Below are positions 1 to 11,612 of a stretch of 64,000 bases of DNA, one piece after another. The stretch is taken from positions 43,792 to 107,791 of the forward strand of contig NIVC01001326.1 in the NCBI GenBank assembly GCA_002269645.1, written 5' to 3'. The translations under genes were made by a program, and so were the position numbers. Within the stretch, counting starts at the first letter, position 1. Each line of letters begins with the position of its first letter. The notes under the pieces are model-generated. The model was not told the origin of the DNA. It saw only the letters and a program-made list of their open reading frames with translations, and did not search any database. This stretch comes from Macrostomum lignano (taxonomy: Eukaryota).

Positions 1-2
1 GG

Positions 3-290
3 CTTTGACAATGGCTCGCCAATGTTCAGGTACATGATTGGCAGGCCCACTGACAGTACGCACAGGTCGGTAAGGCTGAGCGCGATGAACCAGGGCCGGG
101 CCTCCTTCTGCGTGCTGCCGCGCCGGAGCAGCACGGTGACGCACACGATCGTGCCCGCGCAGCCGGACACGTACAGCAGCGGGACTAGCCAGGCGAACAG
201 GTACTTGTACACCGCGGCCAGCAGCTCCAGTGCGGCCGCCTCTTTGGCCGCGTCACTGTCGACGTCTACCGTTGAATTGCGCCGTTCATC
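3..290 (-). CDS. Class A (rhodopsin-like) GPCR, N-terminal part (TM1-ICL1-TM2); continues beyond the left window edge
   Basis: Manual minus-strand translation (not in the ORF track): DERRNSTVDVDSDAAKEAAALELLAAVYKYLFAWLVPLLYVSGCAGTIVCVTVLLRRGSTQKEARPWFIALSLTDLCVLSVGLPIMYLNIGEPLSK. It has an N-glycosylation sequon (NST), a hydrophobic TM1 with GT at the usual GN position, a basic ICL1, and TM2 with LSLTD (LAxxD). No in-frame ATG was found before the upstream in-frame stop near 550, so the start is unresolved. Confidence 0.75.
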
Positions 291-829
291 AAACTGGCAG
301 CGGTTACCGGCATCTTTTGGAGCGACTTTTTTCGTCTGTTTTTTCTCTGAGTCTTGAAGTATTCGGCGTGGGTGGCAGGCAGGATGCGGGCCGTGGGGGC
401 GCTCACTTTTGAATCTTATCTCTGGCCATCGCTTGAGTCCAGCGAGTGGTAGGCTGATTCGCTCGCAACTAGCTGTCCAATCTCGGGGACTGGGGCTGCG
501 TGGGATTTGCTCCCACGAGGGATCGGGGATGGAGTAGCCATGAAATCCTCAGTTCAAATCCCCGCAGAGTACAGGAGGCTGGGGAATATGTAGAGTATTC
601 GAGAACTACTATGCATCGACTCACTCCATCATTGTCAATATCTCTCGGTCCGTGCGGCAGACAAAACTCCCTGGACTGTCATGTCTTCTGGTTAAAGGAA
701 TAACGAAAATCCGTTTATTAATTTGCATCGCGGGTTTCCGTCTGCTGGGAATTACTTTTTTGGCAAACGGAATTATTAGAAACAGGAAATTAGTATTGAC
801 TTTTTTGCCGTGATCCACCCGACACCAAG

Positions 830-1495
830 GAGGGTAGCGGTGGCCCACAGCAGGGTGGAGGCTAGCGGTGACCCACAGCAGGGTAGGCTAGCGGTGACCC
901 ACAGCAGGGTGGAGGCTAGTAGGTGACCCACAGCAGGGTAGAGGCTAGCGGTGACCCACAGCAGGGCAGAGGCTAGCGGTGACCCACAGCAGGTGGAGGG
1001 TAGGTGACCCACAGCAGGGTGGAGGGTAGCTCAGTGATCCCCGGGGGGTAGAGTGGAGGGTAGTGGTGATCCCCGGGCGGGTAAAGTAGAGGGTAGCTCA
1101 GTGATCCCCGGGCGGTAGGGTGGAGGGTAGCGGTGATCCCCGGTAAAGTGGAGGGTAGTGGTGATCCCCGGGGGGTAGGGTGGAGGGTAGCTCAGTGATC
1201 CCCGGGGGGTAGAGTGGAGGGTAGTGGTGATCCCCGGGCGGGTAAAGTGGAGGGTAGTGGTGATCCCCGGGCGGGTAGAGTGGAGGGTAGTGGTGATCCC
1301 CGGGCGAGTAGAGTGGAGGGTAGTGGTGATCCCGGGGCGGGTAGGGCGGAGGGTAGCTCAGTGATCCCCGGGCGGGTAAGGCGGAGGGTAGCTCAGTGAT
1401 CACCGGGCGGGTAGGGCGGAGGGTAGCTCAGTGATCACCGGGCGGGTAGGGCGGAGGGTAGCGGTGATCCCCGGGCGGGTAGGGCGGAGGGTACT
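830..1495. repeat. G-rich compound minisatellite: ~28-bp unit followed by ~33-bp unit
   Basis: GGTGACCCACAGCAGGGTGGAGGCTAGC repeats (~830-1030) grade into GGAGGGTAGTGGTGATCCCCGGGCGGGTAGAGT repeats (~1030-1495). Confidence 0.9.
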
Positions 1496-2071
1496 GAGGT
1501 GACCTACAGCGGGCAGGGTAAGGCGGAGAACATGGCATGAAGGCAAAGTATCGCTCAGTTCTTATTTTCCCCCAACTCTTTGCCAAGGGAAGTTACTTTT
1601 CCGGAAATTCGCCAGAGCAAAAACAGACCAGACTCTGCTCGCATCCGGAGTTCAAGAATAAATTATAAAGCTGAGAACAGTAGCTTGTGCAGACTGTGAA
1701 CTTTTATGGCTCAAGTCTGTTCGGCGCCTCATCTCTACTTGGAATGCAAATGCTGTGACGGCGTGCATAAATCAGCTCCCCACTGATGCTGTCGACCCTG
1801 AATCCGCTTCTCCATGTCGCTTGTGAGCTTTGAGTCGCAGAGAGTCAGAGATTCTCTCTTGTCAGCGAGATTGGATTTTGCACTCCCAATATCCCCCTTG
1901 TACCCGTCGCATTATCGTGCTTTCCTTCGCTATCCCTCCGGTTTAATTAGGCCTAAGGGCTATTGCATGTTCGATATGCCCCTCTCTCCCGACCCCCTCC
2001 ATGTGTATTTTAGATGGTGCAGCTGCATATTGGAAAAAGTTTTCGATTTTCGAGTTCGAGGATGGAGAAGG

Positions 2072-2387
2072 GAATAGAATAGAATAGAATAGAATAGAAT
2101 AGAATAGAATAGAATAGAATAGAATAGAATAGAATAGAATAGAATAGAATAGAATAGAATAGAATAGAATAGAATAGAATAGAATAGAATAGAATAGAAT
2201 AGAATAGAATAGAATAGAATAGAATAGAATAGAATAGAATAGAATAGAATAGAATAGAATAGAATAGAATAGAATAGAATAGAATAGAATAGAATAGAAT
2301 AGAATAGAATAGAATAGAATAGAATAGAATAGAATAGAATAGAATAGAATAGAATAGAATAGAATAGAATAGAATAGAATAGAATAG
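2072..2387. repeat. (GAATA)n microsatellite
   Basis: Perfect pentamer array; source of the ILFYS ORFs. Confidence 0.97.
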
Positions 2388-2423
2388 ATAATAGAGAAAA
2401 TGAAATTGTGTTGGGAGAAAGAA

Positions 2424-2600
2424 GTACAGAGTGGGATAAGTACAGAGTGAGATAAGTACAGAGTGAGATAAGTACAGAGTGGGATAAGTACAGAGTGAGA
2501 TAAGTACAGAGTGAGATAAGTACAGAGTGGGATAAGTACAGAGTGAGATAAGTACAGAGTGAGATAAGTACAGAGGGAGATAAGTACAGAGTGAGATAAG
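2424..2600. repeat. 16-bp minisatellite AGTACAGAGTGAGATA
   Basis: About 11 tandem copies with G/A variants. Confidence 0.9.
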
Positions 2601-3329
2601 CAAACAGTGAGAAAAGTACAGAGGGAGATAAGTCTCACAAAGAGAAGTGAGAAGAAGGCTGAGGGGTGAGAGAGTGGGCAGTGCAAGAGAAGCGTGAGGG
2701 CGAGCGCGCATCCTGTGTGCCAGTCTGCAAGAAAGCTTTGAGAGCAGCCGAGCGTTACTTCCGTAGCAAATCCTGGACTCAAAAAGATCTGAGTAAACAA
2801 ATCTGATCTGGTGTCGCTCTCCTTACCAATTAACAGAACTCGCAGTCAGAACTGGATTCTGCCTCCTTTTGATCACCTGACTCCGCGTTGCTGCTCTTGT
2901 CAGGCTAAATACTTCCTTAGGGACGTCTTAGTAGAGTAATTAGCTAATTATATGCTTCAGGTGAGTTACGAGAATAGCCTAAATTGCTGTTGGAGTGCCT
3001 CTAAACCTTAAGAGTTTACGAGTAAGATGTAAGAGTCCACCCCGAAGCCTGGCGTCACTTCGGGCTGAAAACTGAACAAACGTTTATCATGTGGAAACTC
3101 CATAAACATGCTGCTGAGTGCATGCATATCAAAAAGCTCAAATTGAATTGTAATTCTGACTACTAGGAAAATTTTTTGAAATAATAATTTCACGAATTGG
3201 CTAATTAAATCTGAGCGACAAAATGTGAAAAAGGGAGAGGGAAATGATGGGCGCCAGAGATGGTAAAATGCTATCAATAAATATGATGATTTGGGAGAGA
3301 AAACAGTTGCGTGGGAGAGAGGAAGAGGG

Positions 3330-4030
3330 AGTAGAGTAGGGAGGAGAGGGAGGGGAAGGAGAGAAGAGAGATGGAGAGGGTGAAGGAGAGTATGGAGAAG
3401 GAGAGGGAGGTGAAGTAGAGTAGGGAGAAGGAGAGGGAGCGGAAGTAGAGTAGGGAGAAGGAGAGGAAGTAGAGTAGGGAGAAGGAGAGGAAGTAGAGTA
3501 GGGTGAAGGAGAGGAAGTAGAGTAGGGAGAAGGAGAGGGGGCAGTAGAGTAGGGTGAAGGAGAGGAAGTAGAGTAGGGAGAAGGAGAGCAAGTAGAGTAG
3601 GGAGAAGGAGAGGAAGTAGAGTAGGGAGAAGGAGAGGAAGTAGAGTAGGGAGAAGGAGAGGAAGTAGAGTAGGGAGAAGGAGAGGAAGTAGAGTAGGGAG
3701 AAGGAGAGGAAGTAGAGTAGGGAGAAGGAGAGGAAGTAGAGTAGGGAGAAGGAGAGGAAGTAAAGTAGGGAGAAGGAGAGGAAGTAGAGTAGGGAGAAGG
3801 AGAGGAAGTAGAGTAGGGTGAAGGAGAGGAAATAGAGTAGGGAGAAGGAGAGGAAATAGAGTAGGGAGAAGGAGACGAAGTAGAGTAGGGAGAAGGAGAC
3901 GAAGTAGAGTAGGGAGAAGGAGAGGAAGTAGAGTAGGGAGAAGGAGAGGGGGGCAGTAGAGTAGGGAGAAGGAGACGAATTAGAGTAGCGAGAAGGAGAG
4001 GAAGTAGAGTAGGGAGAAGGAGAGGATGTA
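3330..4030. repeat. Purine-rich 24-bp minisatellite GAAGTAGAGTAGGGAGAAGGAGAG
   Basis: Tandem array; source of the SPSPYSTS ORFs; shares its core with the 7990-10075 array. Confidence 0.92.
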
Positions 4031-5426
4031 GAAGGGAGAATGAGCGGGAGCAATTAAGGTAGATTAGAAGTCGGATGCAGGGAGAAAGGTGAAGGGATCT
4101 GAGGTGGGAAGCAGAGCATTCGAGAAACAGGCAGAGCTGAGGCAAATGTCCCTGCAACAAAAATAATGAATTTAATGGATCCCACTCGCTGGGCAAGGAT
4201 TACCAGCGTAGTGATGGGGGGGAGCCGCGCAGGTGCACAAACAATGGCCCGATGCATTAGATTAAATTCCCTGTTCAGCCCCGGGGATAAACACGAATAG
4301 CATTCGGCCTGTTTCTCCTCTTTGCACGTTGGCCCGTTCAGCTTCTGGCTGACTTTTCCCAGCGTGCGCGCCTCCGGTTCTTAAATAACGGGCCGCCCCG
4401 GCGCTGCCTGCGTCTGAAGGGGAAATTTGTGTTTCACTCGCCTCTTCTTTCCGCTTCGGTTTCCTTAGGCCTTGCAGCTGGAAAAAGGACAGTTTGACTT
4501 CCCTATGCTGGCCTGTCTCGGGATATTTACAATATCCTCAAGGACGGGGTCCGATGTCAGCGCCTCCTCGGGGGGTAATTGAATCTGCTGCTCGGAGTTG
4601 GAGAATTGAATTTCTCAAAAATGAGAAGACACGAGAGGAATTCATTAATTCTACAGACATGATAGTCGATAGGGACTTTTTTCTGGAATATTGGCTTCAT
4701 TATGCAGCCATTGTCTACCGCTGCAAGCAGGCAGTTGTGGCTGAGCTGGCTGAATTGCATGCTTGTTGCTGCATAGAAATCCGGGTCTTTGGTAATCACC
4801 CAGGTGTGGCCAGCCTCCTCCTACGCTAGTTTTGTAGTAGGTAACGACGCAGAGGACTCAAAAGAGCTCTAGAGCAGAAGCGCTCGCGGAAAGCCGAGGA
4901 GGAAGGCGCATGGCCTGGCTAGGAGTCAGGTACAGGACGCGTGGATCGTCAATAAAATTTGTGTCAATGAGGGTCATGGTGCCGGCTCGTCCTCGGCGAA
5001 ATCCCTCCTGAGGTTGGCTTCTCCCCATCCGTGCTTCCCTCCCACGATGCAGAGTATATAAATCCTTCAGGCTTTCTAGGGCAGAAAGGAGGAGAATCCG
5101 AGGGCCGCGGAGCGGCACGAGGATTTCCGACTTTTTGCCCTAGATAACCTGCTGGATTTGTATTCCTTCTTGATTTTGCGGGCGGGCCGAGAAACGACAT
5201 TCTTCGGCCCGCGAGTCAAACTGCATTTGCTTCAGTCTAAGTTCAGTGCAAGTCCTGATTCTCGGCCCGCAAGAAAATGGAATTTGTCTATGGCACAAAA
5301 TGCAAACTGTATTTCATTTTAGCTCTGAGCCTAAAAGAGCGACTGACAAAGTAATAAGCTCGTAATTAGTCTAACTTTTTATTAAAACTGAATTCCATTA
5401 ACTCCTGACCCGAGCGTTCTGAGAAC

Positions 5427-5801
5427 ATGATAGACTACTCCTGTATAGAAGGAGGCGAGATTTCTGGGTTGCAGCGTGAAGAAATCGACTTTGTATGCCA
5501 ACTCCGTGGCCGTGGGCGAATGTTCAATCAGTACACTGGCTTGCCTGTGCCTGGAATTGGAGTCAGCAAGGCGCTCGACAACGGCCTGTTGGATGATCTA
5601 GTAAACGATCTTTCTGCTGAAGCGAGCAACGACAATCAACTCCGGGAGCTAACAAGTGATGAAGTGAGCGCCATTTTGGATGTGGAGAATGCCTCACGCG
5701 TCGTCTCTACCGAAGCAAAAACAAGACAGTGTGTGGAGAAATTCAAGAAGTTTTTGCGCACCGAGAATCTTCCTGAATCCCGTGTTCTATTTTTCCTATA
5801 A
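5427..5801 (+). mobile_element. Possible truncated Crypton/DUF3504-type tyrosine-recombinase N-terminal fragment
   Basis: The ORF end RELTSDEVSAILDVENASRVVSTEAKTRQCVEKFKKFLRTENLPE resembles, from memory, the N-terminal helices of Crypton-derived DUF3504 proteins (F..LTEEEL..L...N...T...T...V..F..FL). It stops before any catalytic region. Confidence 0.3.
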
Positions 5802-6279
5802 GTGAGTACCTCTGAACGCCATGTACTGTAACGACGGCGTGGGTTGCACCACAAAACTATATTAAATCGTTACTGTTGTCCTCTTTGTAATGTTGCAATA
5901 CAATACAATCGTTTCGGCTTCGTCTATGGCCCAGCCCGATATCGGGCAGAGAATGGGCCATTTCTTAAGCAGTCTTGCCCGCAAAATCAAGCAGGAATAA
6001 GCTTAGAAGTGCGCTCGTCAGGGCCGCTGCGCACCCTGTGTGAGCGGGTGTACAAGTGTGTTTCTGTGTACAGTTTCGGCACGCTTGTGTGTGCTCAGGA
6101 GTCAGCGGGTATCCACAGCCCTCCTGCAAATTTCCTACAAGCATGAACGTTGTTCTGTATTGCACTGAAGGCTGATTTATGATGAAGGATGGCTAAATCA
6201 AATTTTGACAATCAGCACTACTGGAGACTGAGGAATAAGTGACCCCTGCGTAACGCTTTCTCGGCACGCCTGTGTAGCA

Positions 6280-6560
6280 TGAGACAGACCAGGCTTACGA
6301 GCCAAGGTCTGCAATCATACACACCTGCACCCCTTCTATTCTGCTGCGGGACTTACAGGCCGACCCAGGGGTTCACGTCCCGCGTGTGTTCAAGGCAGCC
6401 CATCCGTGACCTGTGCGTGATCAGGTACCTCTGGCGACGGCTCTGAGGAACAAGTATCACCCTCTGACCTTAACAGGGTATGCGGCCAGTCCGCAGGCTG
6501 CGGGGGCAGCCTCCTTGTCTCTCTTAAGGAACCCAATATAGCACCGCGCTGATGGACCTT
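6280..6560 (-). mobile_element. Possible degenerate Ty3/gypsy integrase zinc-binding (H2C2) remnant
   Basis: Minus-strand frames give VILVPQSRRQRYLITHRSRMG and, after a shift, RIEGVQVCMI, loosely matching the VIP..LR..IL..LH..H.G ... C..C pattern. Frameshifted and weak. Confidence 0.2.
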
Positions 6561-7989
6561 CGGCTCGGCCTTTAGCTGGACCCTTAGCCGCGGGGAGCAT
6601 CTCGGTTGTTAACGGTAGGGCCGGTAAGGGCTCCGAGCTTAGCTCCCATTTGCTTCTCAGTGACCTAAGGAGTTTCAACGTGACACCTGCCGCATCCCTA
6701 GATGCTGCTGGAACGCAAATAGCCTGCTGACAAAATGAGGTTTTACCACAGACAATCTGCCGAGAAAAATTCACTAAGGAAGGCACACATTGCAGGTTCG
6801 GTAGAGCTGTAACTGTAGCAGTATTTTTTAAATAACAGACTGGATTTAACTTGCGATATCAGTTCAGTTCAAGCGCATTATCAGTTTCAACTAATATTTG
6901 AAAGTCCAGAATGAGGGTTAGTTATCGGTTTACTGCACAAAAAGGGAAATGTGAAGTGTGGCCCACCGAACACCGGCAAGCAAGCAAAGTTCCGGCAAAA
7001 TTTCAGTTCTCTATTAAATGTACTTTTTTACTGTCTATGATACATCAGACAAAGCATGCATCTTATCTTGATAAGCTAATTAGTTAAATTGATTTATTTT
7101 GCCGATGTATTATTATGCTTCAGCTATCCATGAATAGATTTTGGCACCAGTTTAAATTTAGATTTCTTAGAAACGAAGAAATTTCACATTTCGCCGGAGG
7201 GCGAACTCCTTTGTACTTTTATTCCGGAGATCAGGCATTAATCCGATTTTCTACAGCTGCAGCAGGATATCCTGGCCAGCTGGTTTAAATTAAAGGCATT
7301 AGAAAGTCCCAGAAGGTTGCAAGCGTTTGCAATTAGCTATTTTTGCAACTGAGCTCCGAGTTCCCTCCCTTTGCACCCACCTGTCTCCGCGCGAGCAAAC
7401 AGTTCGGCATTAGAGGCATCCATCCATCCCCAGGACTCGCTGCTCATCCGTCATTTTTCTTCCTTTCTTGACATCCCCTTCCTGTGTGTCAGTTAGTGCT
7501 CAACCTCCACCCGTCCCAAAGTCACTCTCCACCCATCCCTCCCCACTAAAAAAGTATCCCCTCGTGGGATTTTAGCGATCCCCATCAGCAGCGCCTGATC
7601 GATTAAGTGCAGAGCTGGAGTCCAACGTTTTTTTGGGAGCTTCCTTTGAGAACTTTTCTTGGCGAAGAGTCGGGGATCAGCTGCAGAGGGGAAATTGTGT
7701 GTAAGCAGTGCGGGAATCTGGCCTGCTCGTCATGATCGATAGATGAGGCAGCTCCGTCTGGGGGCGATGAATTGATAATCAGGGAAGGGGCATCTCTGCA
7801 ACTCGAATGGATTGCACTGAGTCGAGAATCGCAGCGAACTTCTATTGCGTACCTACATGTCTGCCTACCTGTGTCTGTACCGCTTACCCATCTGTGACTT
7901 GATCGCTTACCGATACTCTGTGAATGAGAGCAAATGATGAATGAAACCAACGAGGAAATGGAGAGGGAAGGTGAGTGGAAGTATGGTAG

Positions 7990-8968
7990 GAAAGGGTGAG
8001 AGGGAGAGGAGAGAAAGTAGAGTAGGGAGAGGGGGAGGGAGAGGAAGTAGAGTAGGGGAGAAGGATAGAAAGAGGAAGTAGAGTAGGGGTGAAGGATAGG
8101 GAGAGGAAGTAGAGTAGGGTGAAGGATAGGGAGAGGAAGTAGAGTAGGGTGAAGGAGAGAGAGAGAAGAAATCTAGTAGGGTGAGGGAGAGGGAGAGGAA
8201 GTAGAGTAGGGTGAGGGAGAGAGAGAGGAAGTAGAGTAGGGTGAGGGAGAGAGAAAGAGAGGAAGTAGAGTAGGGTGAGGGAGAGAGAGAGGAAGTAGAG
8301 TAGGGTGAGGGAGAGAGAAAGAGAGGAAGTAGAGTAGGGTGAGGGAGAGAGAGGAAGTAGAGTAGGGTGAGGGAGAGAGAGAGAGGAAGTAGAGTAGGGT
8401 GAGGGAGAGAGAGAGAGGAAGTAGAGTAGGGTGAGGGAGAGAGAGAGAGGAAGTAGAGTAGGGTGAGGGAGAGAGAGAGAGGAAGTAGAGTAGGGTGAGG
8501 GAGAGAGAGAGGAAGTAGAGTAGGGTGAGGGAGAGAGAGAGGAAGTAGAGTAGGGTGAGGGAGAGAGAGAGAGGAAGTAGAGTAGGGTGAGGGAGAGAGA
8601 GAGGAAGTAGAGTAGGGTGAGGGGGAGAGAGAGAGGAAGTAGAGTAGGGTGAGGGAGAGAGAAAGAGAGGAAGTAGAGTAGGGTGAGGGAGAGAGAGAGG
8701 AAGTAGAGTAGGGTGAGGGAGAGAGAGAGAGAGGAAGTAGAGTAGGGTGAGGGAGAGAGAGAGAGGAAGTAGAGTAGGGTGAGGGAGAGAGAGAGGAAGT
8801 AGAGTAGGGTGAGGGAGAGAGAGAGGAAGTAGAGTAGGGTGAGGGAGAGAGAGAGGAAGTAGAGTAGGGTGAGGGAGAGAGAGAGAGGAAGTAGAGTAGG
8901 GTGAGGGAGAGAGAGAGAGAGAGGAAGTAGAGTAGGGTGAGGGAGAGAGAGAGAGGAAGTAGAGTAGG

Positions 8969-9034
<66 letters not shown>

Positions 9035-9136
9035 GTAGAGTAGGGTGAGGGAGAGAGAGAGAGGAAGTAGAGTAGGGTGAGGGAGAGAGAGAGGAAGTAG
9101 AGTAGGGTGAGGGAGAGAGAGAGAGGAAGTAGAGTA

Positions 9137-9182
<46 letters not shown>

Positions 9183-9418
9183 GTAGAGTAGGGTGAGGGA
9201 GAGAGAGAGGAAGTAGAGTAGGGTGAGGGAGAGAGAGAGAGGAAGTAGAGTAGGGTGAGGGAGAGAGAGAGAGGAAGTAGAGTAGGGTGAGGGAGAGAGA
9301 GAGGAAGTAGAGTAGGGTGAGGGAGAGAGAGAGAGGAAGTAGAGTAGGGTGAGGGAGAGAGAGAGAGAGAGAGGAAGTAGAGTAGGGTGAGGGAGAGAGA
9401 GAGAGGAAGTAGAGTAGG

Positions 9419-9476
<58 letters not shown>

Positions 9477-9576
9477 GTAGAGTAGGGTGAGGGAGAGAGA
9501 GAGGAAGTAGAGTAGGGTGAGGGAGAGAGAGAGGAAGTAGAGTAGGGTGAGGGAGAGAGAGAGAGGAAGTAGAGTA

Positions 9577-9616
<40 letters not shown>

Positions 9617-9759
9617 GTAGAGTAGGGTGAGGGAGAGAGAGAGGAAGTAGAGTAGGGTGAGGGAGAGAGAGAGAGGAAGTAGAGTAGGGTGAGAGAGAGA
9701 GAGAGGAAGTAGAGTAGGGGAGAAGGATAGGGAGAGGAAGTAGAGTAGGGGAGAAGGAT

Positions 9760-9816
<57 letters not shown>

Positions 9817-10075
9817 GTAGAGTAGGGTGAGAGAGAGAGAGAGGAAGTAGAGTAGGGGAGAAGGATAGGGAGAGGAAGTAGAGTAGGGGAGAAGGATAGG
9901 GAGAGAGAGAGAGAGAGAGAGAGAGGAAGTAGAGTAGGGTGAGGGAGAGAGAGAGGAAGTAGAGTAGGGTGAGGGAGAGAGAGAGGAAGTCGAGTAGGGT
10001 GAGAGAGAGAGAGAGAGGAAGTAGAGTAGAGTAGAAGGATGGGGAGGGGAAGTAGAGTAGGGGAGAAGAGGAGAG
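7990..10075. repeat. ~2.1-kb compound minisatellite GGAAGTAGAGTAGGGTGAGG+(GA)n
   Basis: Constant core with a variable-length (GA)n spacer; the plus strand is almost pure purine. Confidence 0.95.
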
Positions 10076-10122
10076 GGGAGAGGAGAAGTATTAACAGAGT
10101 GGAAGTAGACTGGTCAGAAAGA

Positions 10123-10168
10123 ATTGGACGCAGAGAATATCGAGCGCTCGATATTCTCTGATTGGACG
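10123..10168. mobile_element. 30-bp perfect palindrome flanked by 8-bp direct repeats; candidate minimal hAT/P-type insertion
   Basis: ATTGGACG (10123-10130) + CAGAGAATATCGAGC|GCTCGATATTCTCTG (10131-10160) + ATTGGACG (10161-10168). Confidence 0.5.
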
Positions 10169-11299
10169 TGAAAACGAGCAGCCCTCCTGTTATTGCTCAA
10201 CCTGGGTAATATCGTATTTGATTTTAGCTGTTTTATTCATTTTTTGGAATACTTGACTTGGATAATAACACAAATAAGTATTAGTAATAATAGGCTTTTT
10301 CTATCGCTGACAACTTTTAATGGTTTACTTACTGTTAAGCTTCCCTTGCTCTTGTCGTCAGTTTTTCAACTGAAGAAATAAAAATTCAGTTACTTTTCAA
10401 TGCAGCTTACTGTCAGTAGGACTTATAAGGCTTTTTTAAGAGCAAGAGTAATCACGTTTTAGAAATGACTATAGTATTCGTACGAGTACAAAATTGGCTG
10501 TATTTAAAGATCACTTTAGGCATGAATGAGTGGTGAAGGTTGAAACGCACAAAGCGATGGGGCCAATCCCCGTGGAAAGCATTTATGTTTCTCCCCAAAA
10601 TAACCTTTGTTAGTCACCGAAAATTGCAAGCAAACACCAGTAATGCATCGATTCCATTCGAGCTCAGGCGACGACAAACGGGTAAAAATGGGGGGCGTTG
10701 CCCTTAGCAACCGGGGGGAGGGGCTTGCGCGCACAAAGCTGTCACGCACACTTCTTTTGCTATACTGGACTTTTTTCGGCGCAAAGCGAAGCGAGAGAGA
10801 GAGAGACTGAGAGATGCTGGGCAAAGGCATCCAAGCTTCATCTCGGCATACAGCACGGTCGGGTGAGCTTGTCTGGGGGGGATGCAACAGAAATGAGAAA
10901 GCGATGGGTGATGAGCACACACGCCTGACTTGGTCAAGTCGAGCCAATCGGTCCATCCCTTCGGACTCGGCCGTTGAGCACAGTGAGCAGCGGTGGTCGG
11001 GCGTGAAGCATAAGGTGTCACCTGATAGCCCCCCCCCCCTAGCCAATTCCTGAGAGATGTAGACAGACAGACCGAAATTAATTAACCAATGAACTCACAT
11101 ATCTGTCATCAACTCTCTACTTAACATTAATTTCAGAATTTGTTCATGCATTCTTCGATTTTTTATTTATTAAATTTTCTGTTTGTACAACTACAGGAAG
11201 AAAAAACGATTGGTTTGTTTAGTGCAAACGGAATCGAGCCTGCTTGAGCCTTTACGCTTGGATGGTCTCACGCTGTAGAACTGAAGTCCGTGTGTCTGG

Positions 11300-11612
11300 A
11301 TCCTGAAGGACTGGTGGTTGGGTTATGACTGTCTCCTGAAGGACTGGTGGTTGTGTTATGGCTGTCTCCTGAAGGACTGGTGGTTGTGTTATGGCTGTCT
11401 CCTGAAGGACTGGTGGTTTGTGTTATGGCTGTCTCCTGAAGGACTGGTGGTTTGTGTTATGGCTGTCTCCTGAAGGACTGGTGGTTGTGTTATGGCTGCC
11501 TCCTGAAGGACTGGTGGTTGTGTTATGGCTGCCTCCTGAAGGACTGGTGGTTGGGTTATGGCTGTCTCCTGAAGGACTGGTGGTTGGGTTATGGCTGTCT
11601 CCTGAAGGACTA
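11300..11612. repeat. 33-bp minisatellite TCCTGAAGGACTGGTGGTTGTGTTATGGCTGTC
   Basis: About 9 tandem copies, lying just left of the duplication start. Confidence 0.92.

Noticed and set aside
22-357. 111-aa plus-strand ORF
   Set aside because: Shadow of the minus-strand GPCR coding sequence.
1943-4196. ILFYS- and SPSPYSTS-rich ORFs as extensin-like or membrane proteins
   Set aside because: Translations of (GAATA)n and the 24-bp purine minisatellite.
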